DNA from: a virus
Taxonomy: Duplodnaviria; Caudoviricetes
Strand: one strand, 5' to 3'
IMG/VR virus record: IMGVR_UViG_3300032132_000439
Coordinates: 375 to 64,374 of that record
DNA: 64,000 bases
Part shown: positions 49,080 through 57,761 of the stretch, in pieces
How positions within the stretch are numbered: position 1 is the first letter of the stretch
Layout of the letters: every line of letters begins with the position of its first letter
The notes under the pieces: generated by a model
The model's database searches: none
The model's input: the letters and a program-made list of their open reading frames with translations, nothing else
What the model was told of the DNA's origin: nothing
Made by a program: the position numbers and the translations under genes

Positions 49080-49615
49080 GGTTGTGCGCCATTATTGGCG
49101 GTTTGCGCTGGCGTGTCGGTTGCGCCGTTCATATGCGGTGGCTTTTCACCAGAGGCCGCATTTTGTGCCGGAGCCGTTGCCGCTGACGGGTGAATGAAAT
49201 GCTTGATTTCATTGCTCGCCTCATAGCCGTTTTTAGGCGGGTTAACTGCAAGCTCAACAATGAAAGGCAAGCCAATCAATTGATCAGTTTCACCCGGTGC
49301 ATTCTGACCAAAGCCCGTTGCAATACTGGCTTCACCGTAAAGGCGGCGACCTTTGCGCGCATAACCTTCGCTCGGGTGAACCACTGGGTAACGGAACAGG
49401 ATTTGCCGCCCTGCTTGGTCACCGTCAGTGATTTCAATCATCATGTGTACGGTGTACTTGTCAGTATGCTCACCGTTATCAATCGCCTCTTTCTCTTTAG
49501 GCGCGCGGCGGGAAGCTATGAATTTGCCGGGGTATTTGCCAGCCGGGATTGGTGTAAAGCGATCCGCGTCAATTGCCTCTTGTGCATCAAATCCGCCATT
49601 AGGTAGTGCTACCAT
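49073..49615 (-). CDS. ssDNA-binding protein (DUF669-like)
   Basis: P.PAG.Y, I.DG...GR, NEIK, flexible tail ending PW. Confidence 0.82.
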   Translation of the reverse strand: MVALPNGGFDAQEAIDADRFTPIPAGKYPGKFIASRRAPKEKEAIDNGEHTDKYTVHMMIEITDGDQAGRQILFRYPVVHPSEGYARKGRRLYGEASIATGFGQNAPGETDQLIGLPFIVELAVNPPKNGYEASNEIKHFIHPSAATAPAQNAASGEKPPHMNGATDTPAQTANNGAQPW

Positions 49616-49666
49616 TTTAAATCTCCAAGTTGTTGCGTAAGGGTGCCAGCCCTTACATTTCGCCGG

Positions 49667-50599
49667 TTAAGCGGCTGGCGTTTCAGTTGTTGTTGATTGG
49701 GTGTCAGGCGCGCCGTTGTCGGCAAGCTGCTCCGCTTCAACGGCGGCGCTAGCCTCTTGCTCTTCCGTAAGCACTGGCTCAGGTATTGCGGTTGGTGGCG
49801 TATCCATGCCCGGGAAGTAATCGGCCAAAACCTTATATCCCTGAGCTTCGTGATAAACGACCTCAGTAGGTGTTTTGTAACGCGACTTAGCGACAAACCC
49901 CGGGCGCTCTTCAAGATAGATCACGCGGGTTCCGTGGCCTTCCGCGTGGCTATGTTTCTTGTTGAAGCCACCCTCTTGCGTCTTGATGACTTTTTTCTGA
50001 TTAATGAAGCCAACCATATCAACATCATCAACAAGAAGATCGACCACCTTTTTGTGAAGGCGCGGAACATAGCGGTCATAACCTTCCGTTCCCGGCTCGT
50101 CGAAACGCTTAATGTCAAAGTGCGCTAAGATCACAATGGCCATGTTGCGAACGGTGCGCAGCTTGTTGAGCATGCGTAAAACGTCAGCGAACTTGTCTTT
50201 ATAGGCGATATAGCCTTTGCCATATCCCGGCTCTTCAATGTCAGGCCAACCGTTTTCAGCGCAAACTTTGCTGATAATCATCGGTTCAAGCTTGTCGATT
50301 GTGTCGATCACAAGGGTTTTGCGATCATGGGGCTCAGTGCCCAACATGCGCAAATAATCGACAAACTGATCATAACCAGTGCCTTTAATGTCCTGCCCGT
50401 CACCTGTTTTGGAATCTTGCACAAGTGGAAAACTGAAAACCTCAGTATCCGCTGGCAACCCCTCCTCAGTGAAGATGAAAGCCGGGTTGGGAAATTCGCT
50501 TGCAAGGCTGGTTTTCCCAAGCCCTGCAGTGCTGTAGAACAAACAACGCGGTGGCTTCACGTTCTTTGTTGTCTTCAACATTTCCATTAATTTTGCCAT
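49667..50599 (-). CDS. Sak4-like AAA ATPase recombinase (AAA_24)
   Basis: G.GKTSLA, TLVIDT.D.LE, GYGKGY, AK.RY. Confidence 0.9.
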   Translation of the reverse strand: MAKLMEMLKTTKNVKPPRCLFYSTAGLGKTSLASEFPNPAFIFTEEGLPADTEVFSFPLVQDSKTGDGQDIKGTGYDQFVDYLRMLGTEPHDRKTLVIDTIDKLEPMIISKVCAENGWPDIEEPGYGKGYIAYKDKFADVLRMLNKLRTVRNMAIVILAHFDIKRFDEPGTEGYDRYVPRLHKKVVDLLVDDVDMVGFINQKKVIKTQEGGFNKKHSHAEGHGTRVIYLEERPGFVAKSRYKTPTEVVYHEAQGYKVLADYFPGMDTPPTAIPEPVLTEEQEASAAVEAEQLADNGAPDTQSTTTETPAA

Positions 50600-50715
50600 T
50601 TTCTAACTCTCCAAAAATGTAAACAAATCGTTACGTTTTTGCGTAATTGGTATTTTTTTGCTTGCAATAAACGCCTGAGCGTATAGAAGATTAGGCTGCA
50701 ATAAAAAAACGACGC

Positions 50716-50759
50716 TTACCAAATCGGTAACATGCTGCAAGAATTATCAATATTGGTAA
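50716..50759. promoter_or_regulatory. Operator pair in divergent switch region
   Basis: TTACCAAATCGGTAA and TATCAATATTGGTAA between Sak4 and repressor. Confidence 0.65.
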
Positions 50760-50805
50760 TTTTTGCAAGCGACAAAATCATAAATAGTGGAGTAAAAATA
50801 CTGTA

Positions 50806-51456
50806 ATGTTAGAACAAGCCAGTACAATCAAGAGGTTACGGAAATTACGCGGCTTAACTCAGGGTGATTTAGCCCAGCTAATCGCAGAGAATACCGACCT
50901 CGAAACAACAACCGCCACGATTTCACGCATTGAGCGCGGTGATCGCCAGTTGACCGCAAAATGGATCAAGGCATTTTCGCAAGCGCTTGAGGTTGATGAA
51001 TACACAATCATAACGGGCAAGGCCGACATACCGGAAAGCACCGGCGAAAGCTCAGGCATTCCCGTTGCCGGAAGATTGAGCGCTGAAACGTGGTCGAGTA
51101 GCAAAGCTAGCAAAAGCGCATTCAAAACGGTTCCGGTTATCCCAACCGACGAATATAGAGACTATTCACATAGCGCTTTTGAGCTGGAAGAAAACAGCGG
51201 CGTTGAGGAGCTAACGAACGGGTGTGCTATTACAGTTCCCTATTACGATGCGCGGGTGAACCCAACACCCGGCGATCTGGTTGTTGTTCGCTTCACTCAA
51301 GGCGCGCAACCTGAGCGTATTTACCGCACTTGTGCCGGGGAATTAATTCGTGATCGCCTCACAAATACCGTTCAGCTTAGCGTGGCCGGGGTTTTGTACG
51401 AAGTGGAAAAAGCCGACCTATTGGGTAAAATTACTGCAATTTATAGACAAGTTTAA
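50806..51456 (+). CDS. CI-like repressor (XRE HTH + degenerate S24 domain)
   Basis: LTQ.DLA, TISRIERG; IPVAGRLSAE, GDLVVV. Confidence 0.85.
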   Translation: MLEQASTIKRLRKLRGLTQGDLAQLIAENTDLETTTATISRIERGDRQLTAKWIKAFSQALEVDEYTIITGKADIPESTGESSGIPVAGRLSAETWSSSKASKSAFKTVPVIPTDEYRDYSHSAFELEENSGVEELTNGCAITVPYYDARVNPTPGDLVVVRFTQGAQPERIYRTCAGELIRDRLTNTVQLSVAGVLYEVEKADLLGKITAIYRQV

Positions 51457-51518
51457 TAAAAAGGTTGACATAATTCACCGTATTGGTAAATTTTCCAAAT
51501 CAACTTGGAGAGGCCCAT

Positions 51519-52136
51519 ATGGATTTACACCACGAAACGGCTGGCACCGTTTTCAACAAAAAGATGATTTCAGGTCGGCTTGTCGATATCCTGAACCCAA
51601 CGACGGATGATATAATTTTCAGTGATATCATTCACGCGCTTTGCGGGATAACTCGATACGACAACCACACAACGCGCCCAGTTATGCTTTCTGAGCATTC
51701 CCTATATGTCGGGCATTTGATGCGAAGCATCGCCCCGGTGGGTGAGCGGGAAGAATATCAGCGCCACGGGCTTGCGCATGATTTCCACGAATACGCGCTA
51801 GGCGATCAAACAACGCCGGTGAACAAGGCTGTAACGCACCTTGCTGGCATTGATGGATTTGGGATGCTCAAGGCGCGTTGGGATTCTGTGATCTTTGAAG
51901 CCCTTGGAATGACCCCACCAACTGACGCAATAATTGAAGCGGTAAAATGGTGCGACCGGCAAGTTTTCATCGCTGAATATCAAGCGTATATTTACGATCC
52001 TAAGCCGACCGATATTGGCCTTGAAGAATGGCCAGACGACATTGTGGATTTGGACAAAATGCGCGATTCATGGCTTCACATTTCCCCACATCGAGAATTT
52101 GCGCGCATAGCTGTTAAGTGCTTCGCAAACATCTAA
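51519..52136 (+). CDS. HD-family phosphohydrolase (YfbR/YfdR-like)
   Basis: DI.HAL....R...H, EHS, HD.HEY..GD..TP. Confidence 0.88.
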   Translation: MDLHHETAGTVFNKKMISGRLVDILNPTTDDIIFSDIIHALCGITRYDNHTTRPVMLSEHSLYVGHLMRSIAPVGEREEYQRHGLAHDFHEYALGDQTTPVNKAVTHLAGIDGFGMLKARWDSVIFEALGMTPPTDAIIEAVKWCDRQVFIAEYQAYIYDPKPTDIGLEEWPDDIVDLDKMRDSWLHISPHREFARIAVKCFANI

Positions 52137-52182
52137 CACGGCTGGCACCGTGAAAATCTGACTATCAACTTGGAGAACTAAA

Positions 52183-52716
52183 ATGAACACAATCTTATCT
52201 TCCGAAATTTCCCACAAAATCATAGGTCACTATTTCGGTGCAAACCGGCAAGCGATGATTGATGAAGCGCATGTGCTTTCTCAAAAGGTCTATGAGGCAA
52301 CTGTGCCCGAAGGCGTTCGCGATGCAATGGGCATGGCCGCTGAGGGGATTTTTGAACCTTGTGACGAACTATCAATTCACATTGGCCGTGAAAAAGCTTT
52401 CAACCTACCTTTGAAAAATCCGGTTCCATCGTGCGCGGTTCTTGAGAACACGATTGTTATCTCAAGAGAAAGCAATGCGGTGCTATTTAAAGAGCTTGAA
52501 AAGGCCTTTAAAAAATTTGATGCCGCCGAAAAAACTGTCAGCGCCGCTGTTGACACTGTTCTGACTGCGATCACCCCATTTGCCACGGTTGAAGAGCTTG
52601 TTGCTCACTGGCCGGAATTGGCTGAAATCATTGAAGTTCCCGAAACGAAATTTAGCGGCGGTGAAAAGACAAACATCACCAAAGCAAAAACAGCGCTTGA
52701 AGCATTGGCCGCGTAA
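52183..52716 (+). CDS. Nmad5-like nucleotide modification-associated protein
   Basis: Helical, C-terminal TVEELVAHWPE motif. Confidence 0.65.
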   Translation: MNTILSSEISHKIIGHYFGANRQAMIDEAHVLSQKVYEATVPEGVRDAMGMAAEGIFEPCDELSIHIGREKAFNLPLKNPVPSCAVLENTIVISRESNAVLFKELEKAFKKFDAAEKTVSAAVDTVLTAITPFATVEELVAHWPELAEIIEVPETKFSGGEKTNITKAKTALEALAA

Positions 52717-52847
52717 TGCAGAGCGATGGTTGCGCACTTTGTTTCCTGCTCGGCGCGTGGCTCCACTCGGTTGGCTTTACCCTTGCGGGGGTATTGCTGG
52801 CCGCGTTGGCGCTTGGTTACTTCTTCGGGGGTAATACACCCGCATGA
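52716..52847 (+). CDS. Small membrane peptide (not in ORF track)
   Basis: 43 aa hydrophobic ORF, TAATG and ATGA coupled. Confidence 0.45.
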   Translation: MQSDGCALCFLLGAWLHSVGFTLAGVLLAALALGYFFGGNTPA

Positions 52848-53044
52848 CCGCTAAGCTGAAAATTACACGCACGCAAATTAATGCTGTGGCCGCTGTGGCC
52901 ATGCAAAATGATATCGCCATCTGTGTTGAGCATGAAGGGCTCAAGCTGACCGTCTATCCTGACACAAAGGTCGGTGATAGGGTTGAAGACGCAAGCCAAT
53001 CGAGCTTGGACAAATGGCGCAAAAACAAAGGCAAAAAGCAATGA
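52844..53044 (+). CDS. Small protein upstream of integrase (excisionase candidate)
   Basis: ATGA overlap with integrase. Confidence 0.55.
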   Translation: MTAKLKITRTQINAVAAVAMQNDIAICVEHEGLKLTVYPDTKVGDRVEDASQSSLDKWRKNKGKKQ

Positions 53045-54036
53045 CGAAAGTTAACCTTGAAGGCTTGCACATTGTTAAGGTGCGATCAAAGTCGGGTAAA
53101 CGGGTTGAATATCATTACGCCTTTCGTGGCGGTCCTCGCCTCACCGAAAAGCCCGGGACCGCTGCTTACTTGAGAGAGTTCCAACGCTTCGCCAAGGCAA
53201 AGCCGGTTGAAGCACTGGGCTCCGTTAGCGCTCTTATTGAAGACTATCGCCGGAGCGCGAAATTCCTGAAACTGGCCACATCAACTAAGCGATCCTATAC
53301 CACGGCCCTTGATCGCATTGGCGCTGAATTTGGGACCATGCCGATTGAAGCCCTTGAAGAAAGAGGCTCCCGAGCAGAGATTTTATTATGGCGCGACGAA
53401 ATCGCCGCCGAAACACCGCGCACCGCTGACAACACCGTCACCGTGTTTGCCCGGGTGCTTGCAATCGCCGTGGATCGCGAAATGATTATGCGCCACCCAT
53501 TGCAGAACATTGAAAAGGTCAGCAAAGCATCAAGGCGCGATGTTATCTGGTTGGACGATCAAATACAGACAATCATGGCGAAATCGCCTCAGACGATCCG
53601 TGAGGCGTTTCTATTGGCTTTGCATAGTGGACAACGCAAAGGCGATCTAATGGCCATGACGTGGGATCAATGGGACGGGGAAGCGCTAAAATTCAAACAG
53701 GGCAAGACCGGCGCGGTTGTCCACTTCAAACCGCACTCAGATTTGCGCAATATGTTGAACACCATGAAGCGGCCAAGCGTTCGCGTTCTGACCAATCAAT
53801 CGGGTGTGCCTTGGAGCGGTGGGTTTGATGGCGTGTGGCGCAAGAACCTTCAAAAGCTGAATATCACCGGCCTAACATTTCACGACTTGCGGGGAACGTA
53901 CATTACGACCGCATATCGCAACGGCACCACAATTCCAAAGATCGCGGAAGTAAGCGGTCACAGTGAGCGTGATTGCCAGAGCATAATTCGCCAGCATTAT
54001 CTGGCAACGGACGTGTTGAATGAAACGCAAGTTTGA
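53041..54036 (+). CDS. int: Tyrosine integrase
   Basis: GQRKGD, FHDLRGT, GHS, HY catalytic residues; next to att. Confidence 0.95.
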   Translation: MTKVNLEGLHIVKVRSKSGKRVEYHYAFRGGPRLTEKPGTAAYLREFQRFAKAKPVEALGSVSALIEDYRRSAKFLKLATSTKRSYTTALDRIGAEFGTMPIEALEERGSRAEILLWRDEIAAETPRTADNTVTVFARVLAIAVDREMIMRHPLQNIEKVSKASRRDVIWLDDQIQTIMAKSPQTIREAFLLALHSGQRKGDLMAMTWDQWDGEALKFKQGKTGAVVHFKPHSDLRNMLNTMKRPSVRVLTNQSGVPWSGGFDGVWRKNLQKLNITGLTFHDLRGTYITTAYRNGTTIPKIAEVSGHSERDCQSIIRQHYLATDVLNETQV

Positions 54037-54304
54037 TCGCTCAGTTATCCAAAACGGTAAACTGTCGGACAACGTGCCGCCGGTGTATTTGACCCTTACA
54101 ACTGCAGGTCACGACCGGGGTCATTTCTATGATCTTTTCTGCAGTAAAAACACCGCGAAAAAGAGAACAAAAGAGCAATTGCCCTGTAAAAAATGGCCTG
54201 TTTTTACACCAAACCACCCAAAAAGAACAAAACAAGACTCCTCCCAAGTGCCTGTTTAACAATGCGGAATCAGCGTTTTTATACTTCAGAAAAGGGTAAG
54301 ACCT

Positions 54305-54354
54305 ACTGACTTCTAATCAGCAGGTTACAGGTTCGAGTCCTGTCGGGATCACCA
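54305..54354 (+). repeat. attR: displaced 3' fragment of tRNA-Arg(UCU)
   Basis: CTGAC-TTCTAA-TCAG anticodon arm, ACAGG-TTCGAGT-CCTGT T arm, GGGATCACCA end; D arm and 5' acceptor strand absent. Confidence 0.88.
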
Positions 54355-54441
54355 TAATTATTGGAAATCAACAGCTTAGCGTGGCTAACCTACCTAAAGG
54401 TCACCATCGCCATCGGGCTCAGGCACGTTTTCTGAAAGTGT

Positions 54442-54663
54442 TCAAATGAACATGCCCTGTTCATCACACTTGGAACATTTCATGCGTTCGCTGAAATGAC
54501 GATCGCCAAGAGCTGGCACAAACTTATGGGTCACACCACGAGCTGCACAGACAAAATCAATGTTGATTAGTTTGCGGCACCGGCAATGCATATTGTAATA
54601 CACAGCAATCAACCGCATTCCAGCCCTTTTGGCCTGCCGCAATGTCTTTATTGATGATCTCAT
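54442..54663 (-). CDS. Small Zn-finger protein
   Basis: CRC...R.KCSKC; phage-type small gene. Confidence 0.55.
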   Translation of the reverse strand: MRSSIKTLRQAKRAGMRLIAVYYNMHCRCRKLINIDFVCAARGVTHKFVPALGDRHFSERMKCSKCDEQGMFI

Positions 54664-54681
54664 TGGCACAAATTAACAAGA

Positions 54682-54696
54682 GAACAAAAATGGAAC
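54682..54696 (-). promoter_or_regulatory. LexA (SOS) box GTTC-N7-GTTC
   Basis: GTTCCATTTTTGTTC just upstream of Zn-finger ORF. Confidence 0.7.
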
Positions 54697-54903
54697 AAAC
54701 TCGATTTGGATTCGGAGTTACTTTTCTAAAACCCAGCTCATTTCAGGAAGTTAACAATCGCACTGCTAGTTAGCAATTACTAGCGATCGCGGAGCCGATG
54801 TTTTAGGTTATACTTTCATTGGATCGGGTTTGTTTACCAACAGTTCCCCGATTAGTCAGCATTCCAGTGCTGCCTACTCCGTTACTAATATTTGAAGGCT
54901 ACT

Positions 54904-55680
54904 ATGATCGATAGACGCAAATCGGAAATCCTATGGCACTACACATCGTTAGACACCCTTTATAAAATATGGGATTCAAAATCTCTATTGGCGTCAGACA
55001 TTCGGGACCTAAACGATCGCAAAGAATGGAAGGTTGCCTTCGAAGCGTTTCGTAGCTGGTCGCAGAAATCAAATAACCCCGCTGCACTGAAGTTGCTTGA
55101 TGACAATCCGGAATTTGAAAACACAGCGGGCAACCAATCGAACAGGTCCATGGTAGTGTCTTTCTCTGCGAGGCGAGACAACCTTTCTATGTGGCGCGTC
55201 TACGGCAATATCCAAAATGGGGGGAAAGCAGAAGCCATCGGATTTGAGAAAAAGGACCTAATCTCAATTTGCAAGGCTCAAACAATTGGTGAACCCGGAA
55301 AGTGTGTCTATGAAATGGAAATCGCCCACGGGCTGCTTGAAGACCAACTTGGAAAACAGACTGAAAACTTCGAAACAGCAGCGTACTTTGCTGTTTGGCA
55401 ATTAGCCCACTGGTTGAAAGATAAAGGCTTCAGCGATGAAGCAGAGTGGCGCATTCCAGTACCAGTTGAGTACGACGGACACCGTAAAAATGTGGGCATC
55501 ATTGGCAACCGATTTAGGTATCCCATAGACCTGCAAGGGGCTGAAATCCACGAGCTGGGCATTGCCGAAATTATGGGCGGACCCACCACCTCAAAGGAGC
55601 TATTGGCTGCGTTCGTAGAAAACGCCTACGGAAAACGCGACTTTCCAAAAACTGAGACATCTTCGATCCCGTTTGTGTAA
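54904..55680 (+). CDS. DUF2971-like protein
   Basis: LWHYTS, LND..E, SFS...D.LSMWR.YG, K...F..E.EWR. Confidence 0.8.
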   Translation: MIDRRKSEILWHYTSLDTLYKIWDSKSLLASDIRDLNDRKEWKVAFEAFRSWSQKSNNPAALKLLDDNPEFENTAGNQSNRSMVVSFSARRDNLSMWRVYGNIQNGGKAEAIGFEKKDLISICKAQTIGEPGKCVYEMEIAHGLLEDQLGKQTENFETAAYFAVWQLAHWLKDKGFSDEAEWRIPVPVEYDGHRKNVGIIGNRFRYPIDLQGAEIHELGIAEIMGGPTTSKELLAAFVENAYGKRDFPKTETSSIPFV

Positions 55681-55823
55681 CTATCCGGCAGGCTTATGCC
55701 AAGCATCGAGGCGGTCTGTCACATCGCGGATGCCCTGTTTAACATCCCGAATATCCGACCGATATTCCTCACGCGCCCTAAAGGTTTCGTCCAGGTCAAA
55801 TACCACAACAGAAATCTATTGCT

Positions 55824-56489
55824 TTAGTTCGCTTGAAACTCGTCAATTATTGCAGACATCAAATGAAGAAATTCCTGTCCGGCGCGTTCGTCTAAGGTCT
55901 CAAGCTTGCTATGTTGGCTCGCAAAGACTTCCAGCGACATTTCGCCTTCAGAGACTGCCAACAATGCCTCGTAACGAGTCGACAAAATGACGTCTGCACT
56001 TGCGTCGCTGCCATAACATGCTCGAGCTCGCCCGTTACCCACGCTTAGAACGATACTTTCTCCGTCCACGTCTAACAGCGCTACAAAGCTCATATGATCG
56101 CTGACTACTTTGTCTGCCACGGCGCCAATAGTGGTTGCAACTGTTCGCAAGTTCCCAGGCCTAACAGTTGGTCCTTCCGCTGGGAACTTTGCACCAAACA
56201 ATGCCAACTCAAGAATGATGTTGCTTGTCGAAGCACCCAGTGAAGTTAGCTCGTAAACAGTCACACCATGAGCGGCTTCTGAGCGTTTGATTAGACCATC
56301 ATCTGTTAGTTTGCTTAGTCGCTCAGTCAGCAGATTAGCGGCTATTCCTGTTGGACCCTTTTGAAGTTCTGTAAACCTTGCAGGGCCAGCGTGCAAATCT
56401 CTCAAAATCAGCAATGTCCAACGATCACCAATACGATCGAGCCCTCTGGCAATTGGGCAGAGCAATTTGTATGAGCGCGTTTTAGCCAT
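55824..56489 (-). CDS. HxlR-family wHTH regulator with SCP2-like C-terminus
   Basis: CP.AR.LD.IGDRWTLLILRDL..GP.RF. Confidence 0.9.
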   Translation of the reverse strand: MAKTRSYKLLCPIARGLDRIGDRWTLLILRDLHAGPARFTELQKGPTGIAANLLTERLSKLTDDGLIKRSEAAHGVTVYELTSLGASTSNIILELALFGAKFPAEGPTVRPGNLRTVATTIGAVADKVVSDHMSFVALLDVDGESIVLSVGNGRARACYGSDASADVILSTRYEALLAVSEGEMSLEVFASQHSKLETLDERAGQEFLHLMSAIIDEFQAN

Positions 56490-56669
56490 TATCACCTCAC
56501 GAAAACGTTACTTTAAAAAATAAAGCGATCACTTTATCTATTACACTCAATCTACGGCGACGATCAATAATGTCAATACATTCAGCATGCTAAAGGCCAA
56601 CTGAAATGTAGTTTCGCCGTGAGATTGCATAAATAGATAGCCCTTTGGGCAGTTACATGGAGATACATT

Positions 56670-57197
56670 ATGACCGCAGTCCCTCAACTACTGGATAGGA
56701 ATCAAGAATTTGCAAAGAACTTCAACGATGCCGAGTTGCCAATTCTACCAAAACTGCGATGTGTGATCGTTGCATGTGTTGATGCAAGGGTTGACCCGGC
56801 CCACATCCTTGATTTGCCCTTGGGCGAAGCCGTGGTGATGCGGAACAATGGCGGGCGTGTAACAGACGAGATTATTGATGAAATTGCTGCCTTAGCCTTT
56901 ATGGCAGCAAACCTTGATGGAGAAATTCCGGGACCATTTGAAGTTATCATCATGGAACATACGCATTGTGGCGCAGAACGGTTCGCAGACCCAGGTTTCC
57001 AGGCGGTAGCTAAAGCACATCTTGGAATTGATGTTTCAAAAACAGCCATTAATGACCACCGTCAGTGCTTGACGAGTGATCTTGAAAAACTCGAAGCGGC
57101 AAAGAACATCCCCGATTATGTCCAAGTTTCAAGTCTTTTATACGACCTGAAAACTGGTTTGGTTGAGCAAGTGAGCGCGCCAAAGGCTATCCGTTAG
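56670..57197 (+). CDS. Beta-class carbonic anhydrase family protein
   Basis: C.DAR, RN.GGRV, H..CG. Confidence 0.88.
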   Translation: MTAVPQLLDRNQEFAKNFNDAELPILPKLRCVIVACVDARVDPAHILDLPLGEAVVMRNNGGRVTDEIIDEIAALAFMAANLDGEIPGPFEVIIMEHTHCGAERFADPGFQAVAKAHLGIDVSKTAINDHRQCLTSDLEKLEAAKNIPDYVQVSSLLYDLKTGLVEQVSAPKAIR

Positions 57198-57375
57198 TCC
57201 AGCAAAGCGGTGAGCATAGTAATGCTCGCCGCATTTTCATGTATTCCGCAAATCTCAGTAATGTGGCTTACATAAATGGTTGACGGCTCGAACCTGTTAG
57301 CAGTTCAGATATCCATTTGCTTATGCTTTTACCCGTGCGATGTTCGTATAAAAAAGCAAAGACAGAGGGCTACCA

Positions 57376-57672
57376 GTGATTTTAAACGAAATGAATAAAG
57401 ACGAATTCACCCGACGGTTTGCTGCTGACATGTTGGCTGAGTTTAAACGGGCCAGTGAAAAATTTCCAGCAAAAGACAACCCAACTGTCGCAGCGCTTAC
57501 CGAAGAGGTCGGCGAGCTGGCTCAAGCCATGCTGCATATTCGAGAGGGTAAGATACAGGATTGGAACCGCGTTTACGAAGAAGCTGTGCAAGTTGCAACA
57601 GTCGCAATGCGGTGTGCTTTGGAAGGCGACGATACGCTTAATGTCGAGCCGACAACAGATAATTGGAAATAG
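57376..57672 (+). CDS. MazG-like NTP pyrophosphohydrolase
   Basis: EEVGELAQA, EE.VQVA.VA. Confidence 0.75.
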   Translation: MILNEMNKDEFTRRFAADMLAEFKRASEKFPAKDNPTVAALTEEVGELAQAMLHIREGKIQDWNRVYEEAVQVATVAMRCALEGDDTLNVEPTTDNWK

Positions 57673-57761
57673 CTAGACTTCAACTCAATTGATGTTGGTC
57701 ATTGATATTCTCACGCATATGCCCATGTTGTTGGTAGTAAACACGCACTAAGGGGTAACAA

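Larger units (their letters stand above)
1..54354. mobile_element. Temperate prophage (lambda-like head, Mu-like contractile tail), left end outside window
   Basis: Contiguous lysis, tail, head, packaging, replication, repressor and integrase modules ending at a tRNA 3' fragment. Confidence 0.95.

Noticed and set aside
54280-54354. Intact tRNA-Arg gene
   Set aside because: Upstream sequence lacks D arm and 5' acceptor strand; only the 3' ~50 nt are present, so it is an att site
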